Assembly: GCA_041649175.1 (NCBI GenBank)
Contig: JBAZNR010000001.1
Location: 975,497 to 1,039,496 of the forward strand
DNA: 64,000 bases
Reading direction: 5' to 3'
DNA from: Candidatus Omnitrophota bacterium
GTDB lineage: Bacteria; Omnitrophota; Gorgyraeia; Zapsychrales; JBAZNR01
The position numbers and the translations under genes are program-made. Shown here piece by piece: positions 57,165-64,000 of the stretch. Position 1 is the first letter of the stretch; every line of letters begins with the position of its first letter. The notes beneath the pieces were generated by a model. That model saw only the letters and a list, made by a program, of their open reading frames with translations, made no database searches and was not told where the DNA came from.

Positions 57165-58202
57165 ATGCGCCTAACAAAAATCATCATTGCCGCGTGTATT
57201 TTTTTAAGCGCTGGGCAAATGCTTTTTGCGCAAATTCCTGCTCCCGTCGCGGGACCGGGAATGGGAAAAGCCCGCTGTCAATCGGATATGGATTGCCAAA
57301 AAACTGATATGCGCGGGCTTTGTCAAAATCCCGGGCAAGCGAATTCGGCATGCGTTTTTCTGGAGACGGTTAAGGCGACTTTGTGTGTGGTTACTCCTAA
57401 TGATTGCCGCACTTGCTTAACCGGGCCTGTGGTCAATCAGTTAAAAAACATTTTTCCGGCGCTAAGCGTCGAATATCTTCCCGCTGATAGCGAGCGTGCG
57501 GTTAAGATGATCAATGATGCCAAGATCGAATTGATGCCGGCATATATTTTATCGAAGGAAGTCGGGGAAGACCCTATTTTCGCGCAAATTGCAGAGTCTG
57601 TTGAGCTCGTCGGAGATTATTATTATGTAAAGCCGGCTGTTTCCGGAGTTTCGTATTTTTGGGGAAGAACACCAAAAGCCGATCAGCTGGACCTATTCAT
57701 CTTTATCACCCACCCTGATACGGCAAGATTGCTTAAGGTTGGCAAGGAATTAATGGATCAGAAAAAAGAAGGCCTTCGTTTTCAAGTGCGTTTGGTTGGG
57801 TCAAAAAATCCGGAAACAAACGAGGTCGTCAGTCCTGCCGGCATACGCGAGTTAAATGAAAATAAAATTTATGCCTGCGTGGATCAATATTATCCCGAAA
57901 GATCCTGGGATTATTTAGCGTGCCGTGCTAATGATATTGGAAGCCTTTGGTGGGATGATTGTTTAAAGGGCGAACCGGCGGATACGGACAAGGTAAAGCA
58001 GTGCGCGCGCGGTAGCGAAGCTAACGCTCTTCTTGCGGAGAAGGTAAAATTTTCCGAAGAGCTGCAAGTTTCTTACGCGCCGCTTTTTTTGATGGACAAT
58101 GTTGAGATCTTTGGCGCGAATGATAAAACAACTGCGCAAGAGTTAATGAAGACTTTAGAGAAAAAACCGGTTGCAAGCGAGGCAGCACAGAAAAGCGAAT
58201 AA
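57165..58202 (+). CDS. Secreted Cys-rich protein with a thioredoxin/DsbA-like C-terminal domain
   Basis: Signal peptide MRLTKIIIAACIFLSAGQMLFAQ. N-terminal Cys cluster CQSDMDCQKTDMRGLCQNPGQANSAC. C-terminus ...SYAPLFLMDNVEIFGAND is DsbA-family-like. ORF track start 57126; GGAG RBS before the ATG at 57165. Confidence 0.4.
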   Translation: MRLTKIIIAACIFLSAGQMLFAQIPAPVAGPGMGKARCQSDMDCQKTDMRGLCQNPGQANSACVFLETVKATLCVVTPNDCRTCLTGPVVNQLKNIFPALSVEYLPADSERAVKMINDAKIELMPAYILSKEVGEDPIFAQIAESVELVGDYYYVKPAVSGVSYFWGRTPKADQLDLFIFITHPDTARLLKVGKELMDQKKEGLRFQVRLVGSKNPETNEVVSPAGIRELNENKIYACVDQYYPERSWDYLACRANDIGSLWWDDCLKGEPADTDKVKQCARGSEANALLAEKVKFSEELQVSYAPLFLMDNVEIFGANDKTTAQELMKTLEKKPVASEAAQKSE

Positions 58203-58216
58203 CAGCTAAGGATTAA

Positions 58217-59512
<1,296 letters not shown>

Positions 59513-59556
59513 TAAGCCAACTTATCGTAACTCGTTGTGTTGCTTAGAGAAAAATC

Positions 59557-59585
59557 TTGACTTTAATTTTGGCTTATGTTAATTT
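59557..59585 (+). promoter_or_regulatory. Sigma70-like promoter TTGACT-17 nt-TAATTT upstream of the OmpA-like lipoprotein gene
   Basis: ttgact 59557-59562 and taattt 59580-59585. AGGAGG RBS before the ATG at 59610. Confidence 0.45.
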
Positions 59586-59609
59586 GGGGTACTGAAAAAG
59601 GAGGATGGA

Positions 59610-60251
59610 ATGTTTAAGTTTAAAGGAATTATTTCGATACTAGCGGTTGCCATTTTGGTGGGTTCAATGTTGGCGGGGTGTACGGTCATTGTTCAAAAAG
59701 GACGCCGTACGGATGTTGAAAAGATCTCACAGTTAAAAAATGAATTAAGTGAATTAGAAAGAGCAAAAGCCGAGCTGGAAGATAGGCTCAGAAAAGAAAT
59801 CGCCGATAAACAAGTGTCGGTCGATATGATGGAGCGAGGCTTGGTCATCACATTTGTGGCAGAAGTTTTGTTTGATTCCGGAAAAGCAAAATTAAAACCG
59901 GAATCATTAGCGGCACTAGAGAAGGTTTCGGATGTTTTGAAAACGACTGTCCGCGATCTTAAAGTCGGTGTCGAAGGGCATACGGACAATATTCCGATCA
60001 AATACTCAGGTTGGAAATCAAACTGGGAATTATCGGCAGCGCGCGCGATGAGCGTTCTTCACTTTTTAGCGGATAGCCAAGGTATTGAGCCTATGCGGCT
60101 TTCAGCGACGGGATTTGGTGAATATCACCCCGTAGCTTCTAATGATACTGTTGAAGGACGGCAAAAAAATCGCCGTGTAGAAATTGTGATTTTGCCGAAC
60201 GCAACAAAAAAGTCGGCTGATGAAAATTCTTCAAACGAGAACTTAAAATAA
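59610..60251 (+). CDS. OmpA/MotB-family peptidoglycan-binding lipoprotein with a coiled-coil segment
   Basis: Lipobox LAGC. OmpA_C-like motifs VEGHTDNIPI...NRRVEIVI. Confidence 0.75.
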   Translation: MFKFKGIISILAVAILVGSMLAGCTVIVQKGRRTDVEKISQLKNELSELERAKAELEDRLRKEIADKQVSVDMMERGLVITFVAEVLFDSGKAKLKPESLAALEKVSDVLKTTVRDLKVGVEGHTDNIPIKYSGWKSNWELSAARAMSVLHFLADSQGIEPMRLSATGFGEYHPVASNDTVEGRQKNRRVEIVILPNATKKSADENSSNENLK

Positions 60252-60268
60252 TTTAAGTTTTTGGCGGG

Positions 60269-60643
60269 ATGATGATGAAAAATAAAGCTTTGGTTTTAGG
60301 CGTCTTCTTGCTTTTTATTTCCTTGTTGATCTTTGTTTTTTCAGGGAAAACTGTTGATAAAAGCAAAAAAGAACTTAATCAAGAACGCTATAGCCGCATG
60401 GTCGCGGAAGAGTCATTAGAAAAGGCCATGTCAAAGTTGCGAGCCATTGAGTCAGAAGCAGCCAATACAAAAGAAAAGGTCCAAAGCACGCAAGTTGTTT
60501 TAAATGAAGAGCGGGCAAAGATCTCTGGGCTTCAAAGCGAATTAGAAAAAATGGCGGTTTTAAACGAGAAATTGCAAAAGCAATTAAATGAGGCACTGAC
60601 CGCCTCGGATCAAGCGCAGCAACCCCCAGCTCAAACGCCTTAA
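60269..60643 (+). CDS. Small membrane-anchored coiled-coil protein (124 aa), unknown function
   Basis: N-terminal TM helix ALVLGVFLLFISLLIFVF, followed by heptad-rich coiled coil and a Q/P-rich C-terminus. Confidence 0.5.
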   Translation: MMMKNKALVLGVFLLFISLLIFVFSGKTVDKSKKELNQERYSRMVAEESLEKAMSKLRAIESEAANTKEKVQSTQVVLNEERAKISGLQSELEKMAVLNEKLQKQLNEALTASDQAQQPPAQTP

Positions 60644-60700
60644 AGAGCGTATGTTCGATCGTATGATGAATTGTTGATTTTCTGACAAAGTGATTGATGT

Positions 60701-60730
60701 AAAATGGGGGATTAAACGATCCCCCATTTT
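60701..60730 (+). terminator. Intrinsic terminator: perfect 12-bp stem aaaatgggggat-taaacg-atcccccatttt
   Basis: Read directly. The U-run is part of the 3' arm. Confidence 0.6.
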
Positions 60731-60835
60731 ACTTAGGAAAGAATATAGAATAAGTCATTTTTGAAAGGAAAAGTTACTAGTCGATACGCGTTAGAAAAAT
60801 ATCGGACACAAGAAAAAGCCAAGAGGGGGACAAAC

Positions 60836-61864
60836 ATGGCCACAAAAAAGACGGTGGTTAGTAAAAAGGTAAAAGCGGCTGACAGGGTAGTCAGAAAAAA
60901 AGTTGTAGCAAAGATTGTTGAGAAAAAGCTGCTTAAGTTAAAGAAGGTTTCAGTGGGTTTGGTTGACCGTAAGCCGGCTCGCCTCAGGGCAAAGATCGCT
61001 TCGCTTAATTCATCGCAACAAAAAGTTTCCGGAACAAAGTTTTACACCGGTGTTGGCCTCAAGACAGAAACAGTTCCGCAATTTTCTACCGAACTACCTC
61101 AAAAATACTACGAAGACAAAATCGTTGTTCAGGTGCGTGACCCCTGGTGGTTGCATAGCTATTGGGAAGTGCAAGATTCGACCGTCAATGATATCCGTCG
61201 CCGCTTTGGCAATGATTTTCATGGAGCGCGGTTAGTTCTAAGAGTCTATGACATTAGCTACATTATTTTTAACGGAACTAATGCGCACCGTTTCTTTGAC
61301 ATTGATGTTAATTTAGAATCCGGAAGCTGGTACGTTGACATCGCGGAGCCAGGACGTTCTTGGTGCATTGATATTGGTTTTCTGCTTAAAAACGGCACAT
61401 TTATCATGATCGCCCGATCAAATGTTGTCACGACTCCTCTAGACGGCCCGTCTTGGGTCATGGATGAAGAATGGATGATCCCCGATGAGATGTTCGCCCG
61501 GCTTTATGGTCTAGGATTTGGGTTCGGTCCGAATTCTCCTACCGGAAAAGGTTGGCTGGAACGCTTAAAGCTTCCTATGGGTTCTCCGGGATTATTTTCA
61601 ATCAGCAGTCCTCGCCGATTTAAAACAGAAGGGAAAAAGCCGTTTTGGCTTGTTGTTAATACAGAGCTTATCGTGTATGGAGCGACTGAGCCGGACGCGC
61701 GCGTTACTGTCTGCGGGAAAGATTTAAAGCTTAACCCAGATGGAACATTTTCTCTTCGTTTTGCATTGCCTGACGGGAAACAGACAATCCCCGTTGAAGC
61801 CTGGTCTAATGACGGCACAGACCACCGTTGTATTACTCCCATCGTTTCAAAAGAGACCCGTTAA
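60836..61864 (+). CDS. DUF4912-family protein (Lys-rich N-terminus), the family commonly encoded beside GH57 branching enzymes
   Basis: ORF track start 60761; GAGGGGG RBS before the ATG at 60836 (MATKKTVV). The conserved core VQVRDPWWLHSYWEV...WYVDI matches my recollection of DUF4912. Confidence 0.5.
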   Translation: MATKKTVVSKKVKAADRVVRKKVVAKIVEKKLLKLKKVSVGLVDRKPARLRAKIASLNSSQQKVSGTKFYTGVGLKTETVPQFSTELPQKYYEDKIVVQVRDPWWLHSYWEVQDSTVNDIRRRFGNDFHGARLVLRVYDISYIIFNGTNAHRFFDIDVNLESGSWYVDIAEPGRSWCIDIGFLLKNGTFIMIARSNVVTTPLDGPSWVMDEEWMIPDEMFARLYGLGFGFGPNSPTGKGWLERLKLPMGSPGLFSISSPRRFKTEGKKPFWLVVNTELIVYGATEPDARVTVCGKDLKLNPDGTFSLRFALPDGKQTIPVEAWSNDGTDHRCITPIVSKETR

Positions 61865-61944
61865 GATAACGGCATTTTTTCCTGGTTTTAGACTTAAGCC
61901 AGTTGTGGGCGATAGACATTCATCAAACGCATAGGGAGACTTTT

Positions 61945-63528
61945 ATGGAAAAAGGGTATTTCAGCTTAGTTTTGCATGGGCATTTGCCTTATGTTCGGCA
62001 TCCAGAACACGAAAACTTTTTGGAAGAAAGTTGGTTTTACGAAGCGATCACGGAAACGTATGTTCCGCTGATCTTGATCTTTGAAAAATTGATCGCAGAT
62101 AAAGTTAAATTTCGTTTAACTATGACGTTAAGCCCAACGCTTTTGTCGATGTTCTGCGACTCTTTGTTGCAAGAGCGGTATCTTAAGCATATCGGAAAAT
62201 TGATCGAGCTTGCCCACAAGGAAGTTGAGCGTACGCGTTGGCAGCCGGAATTCCACGATCTCGCTAATATGTATTTGCATGACTTTATCGAGTCGCGCGA
62301 TACGTTTTTGCGTTACGGAAAAAATCTAGCGATGGCGTTTAAGAGTTTTCAGGATCAAGGGCGTCTGGAGATCATTACCTGCGGAGCGACACACGGATTT
62401 TTGCCCTTGATGGATACGTGTCCTGAATCTGTGCGCGCGCAAGTTCGAGTAGCGGCAGACCATTATAAAAGTATTTTAGGGCGCGCGCCCCAGGGGATAT
62501 GGCTTCCGGAATGTGCTTATCAACCCGGCCAAGATGTTATTTTAAAGGAAAATGGGATCAAGTACTTTTTATCCGATGCGCATGGGATCTTACATGGAAC
62601 ACCTCGTCCCAAATACGGAAATTTTGCTCCCGTTTATTGCAAGTCTGGCGTCGCGTGCTTCGCGCGTGATCTGGAATCTTCCAAACAAGTTTGGTCTTCC
62701 ATTGAAGGTTATCCGGGAGATTATTTGTACCGGGATTTTTACCGCGATGTTGGATTTGACCTAGAATTTGAATATATCAAGCCCTATATCCATCCGGACG
62801 GAATTCGTATCAACACGGGTATTAAATATCACCGTATTACCGGTCCGACCAATGAGAAACAGGTTTATTTAAGAAAAGCGGCTCTGGATAAGGCCGCTGA
62901 TCATGCCGGGAATTTCCTTTTTAACCGGCAAAAACAAGTTGAATATCTATATGATCTTCTCGGGAAAAAGCCTATTCTGGTCTCTCCGTATGACGCGGAA
63001 CTTTACGGACATTGGTGGTTTGAAGGCCCGCAGTGGCTGGATTTTCTTATTCGCAAAATTCATTTTGACCAGGATACGCTGCGCATGGTAACGCCTTCAG
63101 AATATTTGGCGGAAAATCCGCGCAACCAGGTCGTAACTCCGTCGATGTCGAGCTGGGGCTACAAAGGTTATAGCGAAGTTTGGCTTCAGGGAACGAACGA
63201 TTGGATCTATCGGCACTTGCATAAAGCATCACAACGCATGACAGAGTTGGCAAAGACGTATAGCAAAAATGGCACCGATGACCTGACAAAACGCGCCTTA
63301 AATCAAGCCTTGCGCGAACTGTTATTAGCGCAAAGTTCCGATTGGGCTTTTATTATGGCGACCGGAACGCATGTGGAATATGCCGTCAAACGCACCAAAG
63401 AACATTTGTTGCGTTTTACCAATATTTACGAAAGTGTCAAGGCTCATCGTGTTGATCCGATGTGGTTAAGCGACATCGAATATAAAGATAATATATTTCC
63501 AGAGATCGATTATCGAGTTCATCAGTAA
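61945..63528 (+). CDS. GH57-family 1,4-alpha-glucan branching enzyme-like protein (GH57 catalytic domain plus DUF1957-type C-terminus)
   Basis: YFSLVLHGHLPYVRHPE N-terminus, catalytic region WLPECAY and GH57 helical C-domain. AGGGAG RBS before the ATG at 61945 (ORF track start 61903). Confidence 0.75.
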   Translation: MEKGYFSLVLHGHLPYVRHPEHENFLEESWFYEAITETYVPLILIFEKLIADKVKFRLTMTLSPTLLSMFCDSLLQERYLKHIGKLIELAHKEVERTRWQPEFHDLANMYLHDFIESRDTFLRYGKNLAMAFKSFQDQGRLEIITCGATHGFLPLMDTCPESVRAQVRVAADHYKSILGRAPQGIWLPECAYQPGQDVILKENGIKYFLSDAHGILHGTPRPKYGNFAPVYCKSGVACFARDLESSKQVWSSIEGYPGDYLYRDFYRDVGFDLEFEYIKPYIHPDGIRINTGIKYHRITGPTNEKQVYLRKAALDKAADHAGNFLFNRQKQVEYLYDLLGKKPILVSPYDAELYGHWWFEGPQWLDFLIRKIHFDQDTLRMVTPSEYLAENPRNQVVTPSMSSWGYKGYSEVWLQGTNDWIYRHLHKASQRMTELAKTYSKNGTDDLTKRALNQALRELLLAQSSDWAFIMATGTHVEYAVKRTKEHLLRFTNIYESVKAHRVDPMWLSDIEYKDNIFPEIDYRVHQ

Positions 63529-64000
63529 TGCCTGAAAATAATTTACCGATACACGTTGCCATCATTATGGACGGCAACGGCCGCTGGGCGAAGAAAAGAA
63601 ATTTACCGAGAACCAGCGGGCATTTAGAAGGTGTCAAAAGAGTTGAAGAGATCACGCAAGTTGCCAATAACTTAGGCATCAAAGTCTTAACGCTGTATAC
63701 GTTCTCGACAGAAAATTGGACGCGCCCGCAAGACGAAGTCTCGATGCTGATGCGCACGCTTATTTCAGCTTTAAACCGAAAAGTGGACGATCTAAATAAA
63801 GGCAATATTAAGTTGTCATGGATCGGAAAACAAGACGGTATTCCGGAAGAGGTCTTTAAGACCATTGAGCGTGCGATGGAGCTGACGAAGAAAAATACGG
63901 GGCTGATATTAAATCTTGCGTTTAATTATGGCAGCCGCGTCGAGATCCTTAACGCGGTTAAAGCGGTTGCGGCGCGCGTTAAAGAAAATGATCTGGCGGC
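63528..64000 (+). CDS. uppS: Undecaprenyl-diphosphate synthase (cis-prenyltransferase), 3'-truncated at the window end
   Basis: HVAIIMDGNGRWAKKRNLPRTSGH...TLYTFSTENWTRP. The ATG overlaps the upstream stop (TAATG). No stop before the window end. Confidence 0.85.
   Translation, partial: MPENNLPIHVAIIMDGNGRWAKKRNLPRTSGHLEGVKRVEEITQVANNLGIKVLTLYTFSTENWTRPQDEVSMLMRTLISALNRKVDDLNKGNIKLSWIGKQDGIPEEVFKTIERAMELTKKNTGLILNLAFNYGSRVEILNAVKAVAARVKENDLA

Overview
The window is 64 kb of a moderately AT-rich (~43% GC) diderm bacterial chromosome. It is very gene-dense and almost every gene after 8.2 kb is on the + strand. The organism cannot be named from the sequence alone; synteny and gene content suggest an uncultivated Gram-negative lineage.

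From 5' to 3' the window contains:
- 1-6111: a giant multidomain surface protein that is probably 5'-truncated at the window edge.
- 6138-10077: a minus-strand lpxB plus Gfo/Idh/MocA oxidoreductase pair, divergent from an msbA-like ABC exporter.
- 10198-12955: the rpsB-tsf-pyrH-frr operon with a strong sigma70-type promoter.
- 13053-13495: three tRNAs (Lys-UUU, Leu-UAG, Gly-GCC).
- 13574-20064: a nitrogen-type PTS regulatory module (ptsN, ptsH, ptsI) interleaved with a membrane-anchored YvcK/CofD-like protein, a GH57 glycoside hydrolase and a sugar nucleotidyltransferase.
- 20098-30686: housekeeping metabolism (metK, ahcY, pfkA, class II aldolase-like, ilvC, crcB with DUF190, leuA/cimA, aroE), then the prepilin peptidase pilD (29892-30686).
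- 30835-35328: aroK, then dprA-topA-xerC.
- 35343-52069: a ~17 kb LPS inner-core/Kdo supercluster with tightly overlapping genes. Its order is waaA, lpxK, an LpxL::ELM1-like fusion, a GT4::GT9 fusion, GT4, two GT9, a PilZ protein, GT9, HldE kinase half, kdsB, kdsA, kdsD, kdsC, an LptC/LptA-like protein, lptB.
- 52129-59512: a PPIase-less trigger factor, clpP, serC-like, serA, a CcdA-like/DsbA-like pair, purA.
- 59610-64000: an OmpA-like lipoprotein, a coiled-coil small protein, a DUF4912/GH57 branching-enzyme pair, and a 3'-truncated uppS.

No CRISPR array, IS element, prophage or rRNA was seen.

The most unusual loci are:
- the giant beta-helix/Cys-repeat protein with an atypical C-terminal anchor;
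- the PilZ (c-di-GMP receptor-like) gene embedded among core-oligosaccharide glycosyltransferases;
- the novel LpxL::ELM1-like and GT4::GT9 fusions;
- the PTS-Ntr/YvcK/GH57 arrangement;
- two apparently leaderless genes (aroK, msbA) with near-consensus promoters abutting the ATG.
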